Shown here: in pieces, positions 34,131 to 46,759 of the stretch | Layout: each line of letters opens with the position of its first letter | How positions within the stretch are numbered: the first letter of the stretch is position 1 | Origin: Squalus acanthias | Lineage: Eukaryota | Length of the DNA: 64,000 nucleotides | Assembly (NCBI GenBank): GCA_030390025.1 | Contig: JASTWF010000342.1 | Location: 248,001 to 312,000 of the forward strand | Reading direction: 5' to 3' | Made by a program: the position numbers and the translations under genes | Notes under the pieces: generated by a model | Seen by the model: the letters and a program-made list of their open reading frames with translations, nothing else | Told to the model about the DNA's origin: nothing | Database searches by the model: none

Positions 34131-36404
34131 ATGAAGGGGGGCATACTCCTACTCGCTCTGATAGGAATGAGCGCTGGGTGGCGAGCGGGGAGTGGAGGAG
34201 CTCGCCATCTACTTCCACGAGGGAAGGTGGCCAGGGTGGCTGGGGTCCAACTCTACTAAATACTCCAACCAGCCCGGGTTCACGTACGGGGAGGCCTCCC
34301 TCCCATGCCCCAGAATACAGGTCGTCGCCACAAGGGTCAGTGTCACCGAGGGGAAGCGTGTGTGCCTTACCTGTAAGGGACGAATTCCCCTAAATAGGTG
34401 GTGGTGGCTCAGGAAGCTGAGCAGGGATGCAGGGGACCATACAGCCGACTGGGAAAGATTAGGGAACGACACCCACTGGACAATCACAGGGACCCAAGGA
34501 GGAGTCAGTGTTTGTTGGGATAAGTGGTGGGAGTCGGAACAGGGAGTCTATGTTTGTATGTGGGGTTCAGAGGAAGCCTGCCCCACAGGGGTATCCATCA
34601 TCTTCTCCAGCCAATGGCAGGATGCCGGGGATGGGATAGGGTGGGATTCTAGCCTGCATGGGTGCGTGGTCCCACACATTCCGGTCCCAGTTAATGCCAC
34701 TGAACTCGTGGCACACACCCGAAAGCCCCTACCCACGACCCAGGTACCGAAAACCCTGGAAGAAAAGTGCCCTGCCACCACCAAGGGACCAGGGAATGGG
34801 TTAGTCCTAGTACCAACCGAAAAGGTACTATACCAGGGGGTACACTATGCAGTAGCTTCAGTAATATTAAACCTCACCGAGGTATACTTACCTGAGTGGT
34901 GTCCTAAGGAGACGGAGCAACTGTACCAGGCCCTGCTAAAGGAAATGTTTAGGAAATTTTACGAATTTGATTTTGCCAATATAGACAAAGTAGAGCTATA
35001 CAGAATACACCCTGAGAACCCTATGGGCACGGGTAGACAAAGAAGGGGAGCCTGGAATGATGTCTTCACTGCCTATAGTACAGGGTCCTCTGTAATAAAT
35101 AGCCTGGATGACATGGAATTACAGACACAGATAAATGGTTTAAAAACCCAGTTAAGAAAGATCCTGAAGGATGGGAACACAGTGGTAGGCTCAGAGCTAC
35201 ATGAGGACCAAGCTATGATGGTTCATTTAAAGGAAATTATTGCAGAATTGGAAAGGCATGCCAAAACAGTAAATGCACTCATATGGGAGGATAGGAATGC
35301 ATCGGATCAGGCTGCACAGAATGAGGTGTGTGTGCTGTAGGGGCATGGTTGCTGGGCGAGGGCCATAGCAACCTGGAGGATTTAAAGCAAGGTTTAGTGC
35401 CCTCCTGGATCAGCAACAAGCACCTCGCAGCCCTCCACCCGTTTAGTAATTCACTGAGCCCATGCCAATTTCGTCTAGCCTCTGAAGCCTACCCTGTCCC
35501 AATAGATTGTGGGCGTTCAAATCACACTATCATGGGGATAGTAGTGAGAATGCCGGTCATGAGTGGGACAGCCCGACCCGCACCGGTATACAGGGTGGAG
35601 AACATTGGAGTCATTCAAGGGGGTGCACACATCCGTTTTACAGCGGTCCCACCTTATGTCATAAAGTGGGAGCACGCCATGACAGGTACTGACCTCTCCG
35701 GGTGCTGGAGCCGGGGTCCACACATAATACTGTGTCCCCAACACTTGAACGCCTATTCGAAACCACAGTGCGGGTTTAAAGCTGCTGGCGCACGACCTAT
35801 CAATTGTACCATGGAGGTGATGGCACACGGCCATGTTTCCCCACAGGTAGCATATATAGGGGGTGGGACATATTGTGTCACCACAGGTGCGTCCCACTAC
35901 CAGCATGGACACTTCTGGTGTCCGGTAAGTGACAGCAGTTTCTGCTTTAAACCCGAGGCAGAAGTTCAAGTGGCCCAGGAATGGATTGTCCCCATTCCTG
36001 AACCCTCCACTGTTCACCTCACTGTAACACAAAATTTCACCAACCTGCAAAAGTATGTAGCACATTTTGGCTATGAAATTCCCCCTCTACCAGAACGCCT
36101 TACCAAGTTACTAAAAGCTGTAGAGCTCTCTCAAAAACATTTCTACACTTTAGAACAGAATACACACGAGCTAGAGCGAGAGATTCAAGGTATCACAGTC
36201 CCACCTTGGTGGAACATCTTCGAAAACATAGAGGTCCCTTCATGGGTCAGAATGGCTTCCCACCTCCTCGTAGTTTGCCAACTGGGAATAGTATTGTACC
36301 TGGTGTGCACTCAGTGCAAGGGAAAGGGCAGAATACTACAGTTCCGAAATGAAAGGACTTGGAGGAAGCATTATGCTGAGGTGGAGAGAGATACACCTGT
36401 TTGA
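34131..36404 (+). pseudogene. env: Envelope glycoprotein, class I fusion protein (F-type-like), two frameshifts
   Basis: Signal peptide MKGGILLLALIGMSAG at 34131 after acceptor TCTCCTTACAG; furin site RQRR then hydrophobic peptide and heptads; Cys-rich region; second heptad; TM HLLVVCQLGIVLYLV; shifts near 34190 and in (GT)n near 35330. Confidence 0.85.
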
Positions 36405-36682
36405 ATTTTTTTATTCTGTGTTCCTGAATAAAGATTGTTGCTTTTTTTGTGTTTTGTTCTTTTTAATAAAGATATGTGTTTTCCCAAGCAGTGCAGGGGT
36501 GTCGGACCCTCTCCGTGCTTGGTTGTGAAATAAAGATTTTCTTACCTGTATGTACCTAAAACACCACATTTAAAGGGGAATGTATGTTTGGGGTTTTAGT
36601 TTAGGTAATACAGGGGAAGGTTGGTTTTCGAGGATCAGGAATTTTGTCCACCCAGGACGATACTGTAGTGAACTGAAGTATC

Positions 36683-36693
36683 GCAGGAGGGAC
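36683..36693 (+). promoter_or_regulatory. Polypurine tract
   Basis: GCAGGAGGGAC directly before the 3' LTR. Confidence 0.65.
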
Positions 36694-37471
36694 AGTAAGA
36701 TTTTCAAAATGTGCAGATCCCCAAAAACATATATCGAAAGGAAAAAAATAAGGACTTTGGAAATTTAAAGGAACATGCCTGAACATGTACCTGGTCTGGG
36801 AATTCAAGACCAGCAAAAAATCACCATATGGACAATAGGCTCTGGGGAAAAACTGCCCCAGCCAAAACACAGAGCCCATCACGATTTCAATGACAATGAA
36901 CAGGCCCCACCTGAGAACTCACTGCATTACGAAACCAGTTTTTTTCATGAGGAGTTTGTGGTGGGCGGGGGGGGCGCGAAGAGCACTATAATTGCAGCAG
37001 AACCCAAGATTTCTTTCTCTTTTCGACTCGACCGACTACGCGGGAAGCAGGGGTCTCTGGCAGCTCTGCTCAGAAGCCACATGGTGAAGGAAGACGTTCG
37101 ATGACCAGAATCACCATCGACTTACCTGGCTGGACCACGGATTGTTAATACCCCTGTCTGGTGAGCATTATCCCTGATCTCCTGAAACCGAAACCTAGCT
37201 AGAAGTGGGAAGTTTTGGGAGGGATAAAGGTTTTTATTTTTCTTGTATACTGTCATTTTCCTCACCTGTAACCGTGTGCTCCCCAAACCTGTTTAAGTGT
37301 GAAGTGTGTTTAAGTTTGTTACCTTTTAACTTTAATAAAAGTTATAGTTCTTTTCATTGGAACCTGTGGTCTACTGCGTTTTTATTCACAACCCCTAAAT
37401 AAGTCCAAGTTTTGAACCTGGGGCGTGGGAGCGATTCGAACCGCTCACTTTATAACAACCACACCCTTACA
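36694..37471 (+). repeat. 3' LTR (778 bp)
   Basis: Direct repeat of 30132-30911; first base is A instead of T. Confidence 0.95.
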
Positions 37472-37708
37472 ACCATTGCCACTCATCCCAATCTTATGCA
37501 GTGTGATGCATCTATCTCATCATCACCCTCACAGAATGCACTGCATCCATCGGGTGAATATCTCCCCTTCACTCACTCACAGGTGTGTTTGTTTGCCCTT
37601 TGTAGGTATAGAGAACGCAAAATGCAAGGGCGAGGGACAGGAATGGAGGTGGGCTACCACAAATAGTCCAGCTCACTGATGCAGAGGAGGATGTCTTAGA
37701 GATAAATG

Positions 37709-38585
37709 TGTTCGAAAGACTGATATTTAGTAGACGAGAATCATATATGTATAAAATCAGGTGTAGCCATTGACCAAATAATATTACCCATAATTACTCC
37801 TGGGTAACTAAAAAGCTAAGACTTGTTCAGAATGCAGCTGTGCAAAGACGGTCAAAAGCAGTTTTGACTAAGCTTTGATAACAAACAGTCACAGGCTGCT
37901 AGTGAAGGTCAAATCATTAAATAACATATTATGATGCTGAGTAGAACTTAGATTTCGCTTAACAAAACTAATTGCAACAATATTTAAAGGATAATTAGTA
38001 TAAGGACATAAAATGAGAGAGATCATGGAAGTTAAGGTATTTATCTGGTAGATTAAAGTGAGATAGTCTGGATACCTCAAGACAAGTAAAACAGCGCTGA
38101 TATGGGCCCTTGGTATAAAGGCCTTGTACCAGAGAGGCTATGAAATGAAAGAGATATGGTAAATTCCAATGGGGTGAAAAACTATAAACAAGATAACAAG
38201 ACAGCAGGATTAGGGTTGACGGAAAAATACTGGAAAGGCGGGATGCTACCTTAGCCTGAGTGACAATGGTATTTTGACCATTAGAACCAATTAAAAAAGG
38301 TGATTTTGTTAAAGACCATATATGGACACTGGCCAAACCAACTTTTGATAAGAAAAGGGTTAAAACCTCGAGACTCAAAGAACAAAGGAACAGACTTAAG
38401 ACGACGTCATCTGTGTCCGAGAGGTTCCAGAAATCAAGGGCTGCGAGCTACTCGTTAAAACTATCGCCTTTTGTTAAGTATTGATTATGCTGTAAGCTTA
38501 ATAAATCTTGATCTATTGCTCAAACATACTGGCTGCTGCCTCTTGGTGCCTTGTCCAACTACTCAGAGATCATTAAGATCTTACA
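37709..38585 (+). mobile_element. Probable solo LTR of an unrelated family
   Basis: TGT...ACA termini, AATAAA near 38501, flanks AATG/AGTG (4-bp TSD with one mismatch); the host repeat reads through when it is removed. Confidence 0.55.
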
Positions 38586-39232
38586 AGTGGCACAGCTGTG
38601 TCCCTTTCAATAGAGGTGGAGAGACAGGGAACTTGCAGATAGCTGGTGACAGAATTACAAATATCTCTGAAACACATATGCTGACTTTATTTCATCAATG
38701 ACTGAACTAGGAAGACTGAGTATAGTGATTGTCAAGATTGTAACTTTGTCATGACTAATTCATGACCCTTTCTTTTGTCTTCCAGGGCCTTCATGTGTAC
38801 AACAACTGTCGCTGGACATGTATGTGGACGAGTCCTCAGAGGGCCTCATTCCTTCTGAGGGTGCACTGTCACAGGACCTGCAGCCATGCACCAGCACAAA
38901 TACTCACACAGTTAGATGGGTTTTTCCCTGGTGATTCACAACTCACAAGTGAGCATGAGCAGACACTGGTGGCAGGGACAGGGACCACAATCATCTCCAA
39001 GCTCAGCTCAGCTGGATACAGATGCTAAACCCCAGGCTCTCATTGAGAAGGAGAATGCTAGAACTGTATCAGCAACTTAGCCAGGTAATGACAGATGTGC
39101 CATGCACACTCACCACAACAGCAGAGCGGATGGAGCAGTCCAATTCGATCACTAGAGATTTGGTGGTGCAGAGAATTGCGAGAATGTCTGCATGTCTGCC
39201 ATGGAGAGAGTGGCCACCTCCATAGAGCTTCA

Positions 39233-39786
39233 AGTCTGAAAAAATGGGGGCAGAGGTTATGATTTGAAATTGCTGAACTCAATGTTGAGTCCGGAGGCTG
39301 TAAAATGCCTAATCGAAAGGTGCTGTTCCTCAAGCTTACGTTGAGCTTCATTGGAATAGTGTAGGAGGCCGAAGATAGAGAGGTCAGATTGGGAGTGGAG
39401 CGGAGAATTAAAGTGACAGGCAACCGGAAGCTCAGGGTCACGCTTGTGTACTGAACGGAGTTGTTCCGCAAAGTGGTCACCCAATCTGCGTTTGGTCTCC
39501 CCAATATAGAGGAGACTGCATTGTGAGCAGTGAATATAGTATACTAAATTGAAAGAAGTACAAGTAAATCGCTGTTTCACCTGGAAGGAGTGTTTGATGC
39601 TCTGGACGGTGGAAAGGGAGGAAGTAAAAGGGCAGGTGTTGCTTCTCCTGTGCTTGCACGGGAAGGTCTCGTGGGAAGGGGAGAGGGTGTTGAGGATGAT
39701 TGAGGAGTGGGCCAGGGCATCACGGAGGGAACGATTCCTTCAGAATGCTGAAAGGGGAGCGAAGGGAAAGATATGTTTGGTGGTGA
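39233..39786 (-). mobile_element. Penelope-like GIY-YIG fragment (second family)
   Basis: FTCTSFNLVYYIHCSQCSLLYIGETKRRLGDHFAE...PVACHFN. Confidence 0.85.
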
Positions 39787-40686
39787 AGTTGAAGCCCATG
39801 GAATAAAAGGGACAGTGGCTGCATGGATACAAAATTGGCTAAGTGACAGGAAACAGAGAGTAGTGGTGAACGGTTGTTTTTTAGACTTGAGGAAGGTATA
39901 CAGTTGTGTTCCCCAGGGGTCGGTGCTGGGACCACTGCTTTTCTTGAAATATATTAATGATTTGGATTTGGGTGTACAGGGCACAATTTCAAAATTTGTG
40001 GATGACACAAAACTTGGAAGTATAGTGAACAGTGAGGAGGACAGTGATAGACTTCAAGAGGACATAGACAGGCTGGTGGAATGGGCGGACACATGGCAGA
40101 TGAAATTTAATGCAAAAAAGTGCGAAGTGATGCATTTTGGTAGGAAGAACGAGGAGAGGCAATATAAACTAAAGGGTACAATCCTAAAGGGGGTGCAGGA
40201 ACAGAGAGACCTATGCACAAATCGTTGAAGGTGGCAGGACAGGTTGAGAAAGCGGTTAAAAAAGCATACGGGATCCTGGGTTTTATAAATAGAGGCATAG
40301 AGTACAAAAGCAAGGAAGTTATGATGAACCTTTATAAAACACTGGTTCGGCCTCAACTGGAGTATTGTGTCCAATTGTGGGCACTGCACTTTAGGAAGGA
40401 TGTGAAGGTCTTAGAGAGGGTGCAGAAAAAATTTATAAGAACGGTTCCAGGGATGAGGGACTTCAGTTACGTGGATAGACTGGAGAAGCTGGGGCTGTTC
40501 TCCTTAGACAGAGGAGATTTGATAGAGGTGTTCAAAATCATGATGGGGCTAGACAGAGTAGATAGAGAGAAACTGTTCCCATTGGCAGAATGGTTGAGAA
40601 CCAAAGGACACAGATTTAAGGTGATTGGCAGAAGAAACAATGGCGACATAAAGAAACATTTTTTTATGCAGCAAGTGGTTATGATC
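39787..40686 (+). mobile_element. CR1 LINE RT C-terminal fragment
   Basis: [57 protein letters not shown]. Confidence 0.9.
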
Positions 40687-41640
40687 TCCAGACAACCTCC
40701 TCTGCATCAGTATGCTGGACTATTTGTGGTGGGCCACCTCCAGTCCTTCCCCTCTCCCTTGCACTCTCTTCTCCTACAAGGGGCAAAAACACAGACCTGT
40801 GAGTGACTGAAGGTCAGGTAGTCACTCGATGGATGCAATGCATTCGGTGAGGGTGACTATGAGATACATGTGTCACATTGCATAAGGATTGGGGTGAGTG
40901 GCAACGGTGGATGGATAAATGGGGAAGTGAGGAAGTGTGAAGGATGGATGCTGCTGACGTGTTGAGTGGGTGTGAGGAATGATGTGATGGAGTACGCTAG
41001 GCAAGACAGAGTGAAAGGGGTGGGTGCTTAAACCACAGGATGTAGTTGAATCAGCACATTTACTCACTTTTCCTGCCTGGTTAGGTTATTAAATTGCTTC
41101 CTGCATTGCATCCAAAACCGGGGCACAATGCTCCTGCTGCTCATCCCTTCAGCCACCTTCAACCACACCTTCTTGGTGAAAGCCGCAGGTTTCTTCCACC
41201 CATTGCTGGGGAAAAGTATGTCCCTTCTGCTCCTGATCGCACCCAGTAGTAATTCCAGGGATGCATCACTAAATATGAGTGTTGCCCTTGATCTCAGAAA
41301 CCGCCTTCAGATTAATATCTGAGCCAGCATGTCCAATGTTTAGGATTCACAAAGTTGTTTTGTGTCAATGAGCTTTAGGTAGAGGGACATGGCACAGGGA
41401 TGCACATCAATTTGGTAAAATGGCATCATACAGGCGTTACGCCCCTTATTTGCATATGGAAAGGGCCTAACGCCTGTTTCAGGCGTGCGCCATGGATGCC
41501 TCTTTTGAAGCCTATACCAATATGGAGGGCAGCGCACTTCTGGCTCAGAATGTGCGCACGCAAGCCACCTGCCATATTGGACACATTGGCGCCATTTTTA
41601 CGCCTGTAAAACGGGCGCTGCATCACTGGACTTTTAGGCC
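40687..41640 (-). mobile_element. Harbinger Myb/SANT-gene and terminal remnant
   Basis: Minus strand encodes FSDASLELLL...RFWMQCRKQFNNL; homologous to 29872-30131 and 37472-37640. Confidence 0.6.
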
Positions 41641-41994
41641 TATAGTTCCACACAATCTTTATCTTCTTACAAACTACAACCGTTTTTTTTTTCTTGAAGA
41701 ATGTTGTGACTATGCAACTATCTCTTTTCCCTTGAGATTTCTCTTATAATGCAAACAGTTTAAATCCTGGCTTTCATAGATGGGCCACATTGAAGACAGT
41801 ACAGTGTGGCTCTGCAGGTTTTTACACCATTCAGCATCATTTCACTTCACCGTTGCCCTCAGGGTAAGAGATATAGATAGCACCGTCAGCTCTACTGATT
41901 CCACATTGCTGGTTTGGCTTATTTCAGGACTCAGAAATACTTTCCAGATTGACTTACTCTGTTGCTGCACTTTTGTACCTTTTTAAAATTTGTG

Positions 41995-42340
41995 TTTGGG
42001 CTGTGGGCGATACTGACAGGGGCACATTTATTGGCCATCCCCACTTGCCCTGAGTAGGTGGTGGTGGGCATTCTTCCTGTACCGAGGCAGTACTTTTAGT
42101 AATGATGTTAGGTAAGGAATTCTTATGACTGTTACAATTGGTTGCAACTGAGTGGCTTGGCTAAGTCAGAGGGCATTCGAGTTAACCAAATCGAGTAAGA
42201 CTGGAGTTACATGTAGGCCTTCATTAGTGAACATGTTGGATTTTTACCAGCAATCTGGCAGCTTTCATGGTCGTTTTTTTTCTGGTGATAGGCCACAATG
42301 ACCAAATTTATTGAATTCAACTTGCCATAGTGGGATTTAA
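41995..42340 (-). mobile_element. Decayed SINE carrying the 3' tail of the LINE at 25088/60905
   Basis: 41995-42120 resembles 25103-25240, followed by non-coding SINE-like body. Confidence 0.5.
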
Positions 42341-42346
42341 ACTAAT

Positions 42347-44380
42347 TAGCCTAGAAATTTGATCGTGCTGCATCCATTTTACATTTATGGTGGCTGCGTG
42401 CACGCTTATTTCGCACTGCCATAGGTAGGCATCCAGGGCGCACAACGGAACCATTTAAAAGCATCAAAAATGGTTGTTTTTTTTTTTAGGTGCTATGCAG
42501 CCATCTCAGGTTTCAAAACGGGGCCCAAGATGTATGCGCACATTTCCAATGGGAAGTGCACAGGGTGCCATCTTGGTAAAGGGGCTGGCACGCATGCCCC
42601 TAATGACCATCGGCAGCTTGCAGAGCAGGCAGTTCATGACGCCAATCAGTGTGCAACACTGATTTGAAGCCACCGCTGCCATTTTGGAACTCTGCACTCC
42701 AACCAACGCTCTGTCTTAACCGTAGCTGAACCCAATGTTAAACGGCATGAAGGACAGAGATTCAGTGGCAGTCCTCTTTTCCATCTGTATTTGAACCACC
42801 ATGGCATGTCAAAGACTGGCTACTGGGCAACAAGGTTATCGCCTCATGACATGGCTCATGACTCCGTTCAGGAACCCACGCATACATACACAGCAGGCCT
42901 ACAATGAGAGCCATGCTGCCACAAGGAACATTATATAGCACACCATTAGCTTCCTCAAGCAACGCTTCCACTGCCTGGACAATTTGGGAGGAGGCCTGCA
43001 GTACTCCAGCAAGCTGGCACCTATGGTATCCTTTCCCCCCACCCTGGCTCCTGTGCACTTGTGCCTAGTCTCTCACCACGTGCAGATGTCTCCTCTATAC
43101 CATCCTTTAAATTACGCACAGTGTTAGTCTCTGAGCTGGTGGCTGCGAGTGTAAGATTGCGTGACACTGTCTCTTCATCTTCACTGTCTTCTTCCTCTTC
43201 CTCCTCTGACTGGAAAAGTTCCAGTTCTTGGGTATTGGAAATGAAAAGTAGCAAAGGTTAGGTTGTGGTGAGGGGAGGGGAGAGGAGATAGTAAGAAGTG
43301 CGTGCTGACACCATCTGCAGCTTCTGAGTCAGAAGAAATTGTGGGAAGAGGGATAAGTGAGAAGAGAGAAACAGAATTAGGAATGCAGAGACCCTTATCA
43401 TCGATCCCTCTAGCGCTGCTAGTGGCCATGGCCTCAGCAATGCCCCTTCCTAAGATGGCTAGTACTGTCTCCTTCATGGCGATTAAAACATGCAGTGTGC
43501 TTGGCCTCCTCCAGTTTCTTCCTGCTGCCTCCTGTTATGCGCCACCTTCTCCTGCAAGAAAGAAGGAAGTATGTCAGTGAGTGTCCTACAATATGTTTAG
43601 GTGATGTGGCTGCCACGATTTAATAGCTACCAGTGTGTGTGTGTGAACTGTGATTTGTGGGTGTGAGGCTTGCAACAGTGCTAAGTGTGTGAGGATGACA
43701 TAAAGCATATGAATTGAAGAGTTGGGGACTGATTAATAGAGATTGTGATAGGTGGGTGATGGGGATGTTGTGAATTGAGCAGTGCATGAGGCTAGTGGTG
43801 CAGTTAGTAGGATATGCCATTTGAATATTGAATTTACTCACCTTGACAACTCGTATCAGATCGTTAAACTTCTTCCTGCACTGCATCCATATTCTTGGAG
43901 CTATACTCCTGGCATGGACCTCCCACTATTTCGTACTTCCTTCCACTGCCTCCTGCCCCCCACCCCCTCTATGGATGCAGGATGTCTCTCTTCTCTCCAC
44001 TTCTTGCATCAAGGTCTCTACTGCATTATCAGAAATCCTTGGTGCACACTCTTTCGCATGTTCAGCTATTGTTCATAGTATCACTGCACAAATTCAGTTT
44101 TCAAACAACTTCTACCACTTCTTGCAGCCACAATGCACCTCCAATTTAAGAGGTGCAGGCTGCCTTTAAGTAGCACTAGCCACTCATGTAATCGGGCCCC
44201 CTGCTGATGCGTGTAGCCAATGAAAAGCGCAGGGAGCGCTGGCTGCACGCAGCAATCATGTAAAGCAGCAGGCCGCACCAATTTAACGTGCTGCCTGCAA
44301 CATAATGAATGGGTGCGGGTGATCTGCATACTGTGATCCACACGCCTGTTTTCGGGGGTTATCCAGTTTAACCCACCTAC
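42347..44380. mobile_element. Internally deleted Harbinger element: transposase 3' fragment (+, 42790-43010) and Myb/SANT gene remnant (-, 43020-44070)
   Basis: WLLGNK..., YNESHAATRN, KQRFHCLD on plus; APRISDNAVETL and MQCRKKFNDLIRVVK on minus. Confidence 0.75.
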
Positions 44381-45767
44381 ACTTGTTTTAGGACCTTTTT
44401 ATGAAATTGGTCTGTCCCAACGCCTGACTCACCACGTGATAAACTCACCCAGCAACTTATGGCATGGAGCCTGCAGGAGCTCTATTTAAAGGGCACATTC
44501 CCCAGGGCTACTGGTTAACTTCTCAGCCTTTTTTATTTAGCTATTTTCACCATTCTACAAGTGAATTCTGACTGCTGGGAACAACTTTGTACTGGTGCTG
44601 GACTGCTTTTGTCTGCTTTGGAAACCTTTATTCCAATCATGGATGGTTTGGTAGGTCTTCCTTTGGGTCTGAAGGACAAGGGGGAGCAGTCAAGAAGACA
44701 GGAAAGAGCTGGTGCAGCTGGGAAAAAGGGAGGAGCAGGAGGGCACTGCGTAGGAGGCCCTATACACGACGGGTCTTCAGGAACACTTCTCATACCTCAA
44801 TGATAGCGAGGAGCAATATGACAGTCGCTTGTGCTTCACCAAGGAGGCTATAACCGAACTATAGCCTAGAAATTTGAGAGCGCTGGAAACCTACCGGTGG
44901 CACCTGAAAGATGCGTGTGCCCCTTTAAGAAGTGCTGACAGTGTCGCTGTTGACCTGCTGCACGCTTGCTTTTCAGAGCAAGCTCAGGGCCCAGTGCAAA
45001 GGTCCAAGTTCGCAGGGCGTGGCATTAATGATGCCACGCTCTCCAGATTTGCATGTCCAGGGCTGGTGCTGCTAATGGCAGCGCTGTGGCCTTCACCAAA
45101 ATGGCGGCCACCGAGTACCGCGCCAGAGGCGAGCGTTAGAGCGGCGGCCGCCATTTTTTTTCAGGATTCCAGGTGCCAGTAAGTAGCACAATTGTTCTCC
45201 CTATATCACCTGCCGCAGTCACAACCACAGCCCCAAACCAGGGCACAGACAGCACTGCCAGTGGCTTGTTCCAGGCTGCAGAGTGCAGTTTGTCACAGAG
45301 TGCAGATTGGAACAGAGTGCTAAGCTGCGAGTTTGGTGAGTGAGGGAGTTCGGGGAGGGAGGTGTGCCTTCCTTTTTCCATCTTTGTCAGCTTTGTGGTG
45401 CGGTGGCGGACCTGCTTGAGGCGAGGCGGCGGCAGAGGGTTTAAAAGGCTCCAGAGACCAGGTAAGGCGGGACCAGTCTCCGAACTCGGTGGGAGGGAGA
45501 GAGGTAAAAATAATTGAGGTGTGACGTCACCAGAAAGCAGGTAAGTAATTGGTTGGTGAGTATTTCTCTCTTTTTAAACTTAAACTCTGTGGGTTGCAGT
45601 TAATAAGGCCTTTCTGGTGCAGAGTGACTGTTGGTAAACCATTTAACTGGTGTAATTTAGAGGGATTGATTTAATTTAAATCCAATTAATTAGAGGGGAT
45701 ACTAGCATCTATAATCGGGCAGAGAGTGTCCATAACTAACAATAAAAAATGTAATTAATTACATAGA

Positions 45768-46721
45768 ATGGAGAAGGTGATGTGTTACTGTTGCGAGATG
45801 TGGGAGCCGGTGGACCCCATTGAGGCTCACGGTGATTACACCTGTGACAAGTGTCTGATGCTACAGGAACTCCAGCTCCGTGTTGATGAGCTGGAATCTG
45901 AGCTTCAGACACTGCGACACATCAGGGAGGGGGAGAAGTACCTGGACTCTGTGTTTCAGGAGGTGGTCACACCAATGAAGTTAATTAATTCAGATGTAGC
46001 CCATGGTCAGGGACAGGACGGTGTGACTACGAGTGAGGCAGGTACGGGGATCCAGGAGGTAGTGTTGGAGGAGCCGCAGCCCTTGCTCTTGTCCAACAGG
46101 TTCGAGGTTCTTACTCCCTGTGGGGACAGGAGCAGGGACTGCAGGGAGGATGAGCAACCTGGCCACAGCACCGTGGAACGGGGGGCCATTCAAGAGGGGG
46201 GAGTAAATAGAAATGTTGTAGTGGTAGGGGATAGTATTATTAGGGGGATAGATAGAGTTCTCTGCAGCCGAGAGCGAGAGTCCCGTAGACTGTGTTGCCT
46301 GCCCGGTGCCAGGGTTAAGGACATCTCCTCTGGGCTGGAAAGAAACTTGCAGTGGGAGGGGGTGGATCCAGTTGTCGTGGTCCATGTTGGTACAAAGGAC
46401 GTAGATAGGACAAGGAAGCCGGTTCTGTTAAAGGAGTATGAGCAGCTAGGGGTCAAATTAAAAAACAGAACCTCAAGGGTAATAATCCCTGGATTATTAC
46501 CTGAGCCACGAGCGAATTTGGCTAGGACAAATAAAATTAGAGAGTTAAATGAGTGGCTCAAAGACTGGTGTGGGGGAAATGGGTTTTGCTTCCTGGGACA
46601 CTGGCACCAGTACTGGGGCAGGAGGGAGCTGTTCCATTGGGACAGGCTTCACTTGGCCAGTGCTGGGACTAGAGTCCCGGTGGATCATGTAACTAGGGCT
46701 GTAGAGAGGGCTTTAAACTAA
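45768..46721 (+). CDS. CR1 ORF1p: zinc finger, leucine zipper, SGNH/GDSL esterase-like domain (frame open, motifs partly degenerate)
   Basis: CYCCEM...CDKC, VVVGDSIIRG, CLPGARV, HVGTKD, DRLHL. Confidence 0.88.
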   Translation: MEKVMCYCCEMWEPVDPIEAHGDYTCDKCLMLQELQLRVDELESELQTLRHIREGEKYLDSVFQEVVTPMKLINSDVAHGQGQDGVTTSEAGTGIQEVVLEEPQPLLLSNRFEVLTPCGDRSRDCREDEQPGHSTVERGAIQEGGVNRNVVVVGDSIIRGIDRVLCSRERESRRLCCLPGARVKDISSGLERNLQWEGVDPVVVVHVGTKDVDRTRKPVLLKEYEQLGVKLKNRTSRVIIPGLLPEPRANLARTNKIRELNEWLKDWCGGNGFCFLGHWHQYWGRRELFHWDRLHLASAGTRVPVDHVTRAVERALN

Positions 46722-46759
46722 CTAGTGGGGGGGAGGTTCCTAGAGAGCAAATAATAAAA

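Larger units (their letters stand above)
30132..37471 (+). mobile_element. Non-autonomous endogenous-retrovirus-like LTR element (gag, gag-like ORF, env; no pol)
   Basis: Paired LTRs, PBS, PPT, CCHC gag, env with signal peptide, furin site and TM; no PR/RT/RNase H/IN motifs seen. Confidence 0.92.
29872..39232 (+). mobile_element. Harbinger Myb/SANT-gene remnant split into 29872-30131, 37472-37708 and 38586-39232 by two LTR insertions
   Basis: RSWMQCRKQFNDLTRSGK motif; uninterrupted homolog on the minus strand at 40690-41290. Confidence 0.65.
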
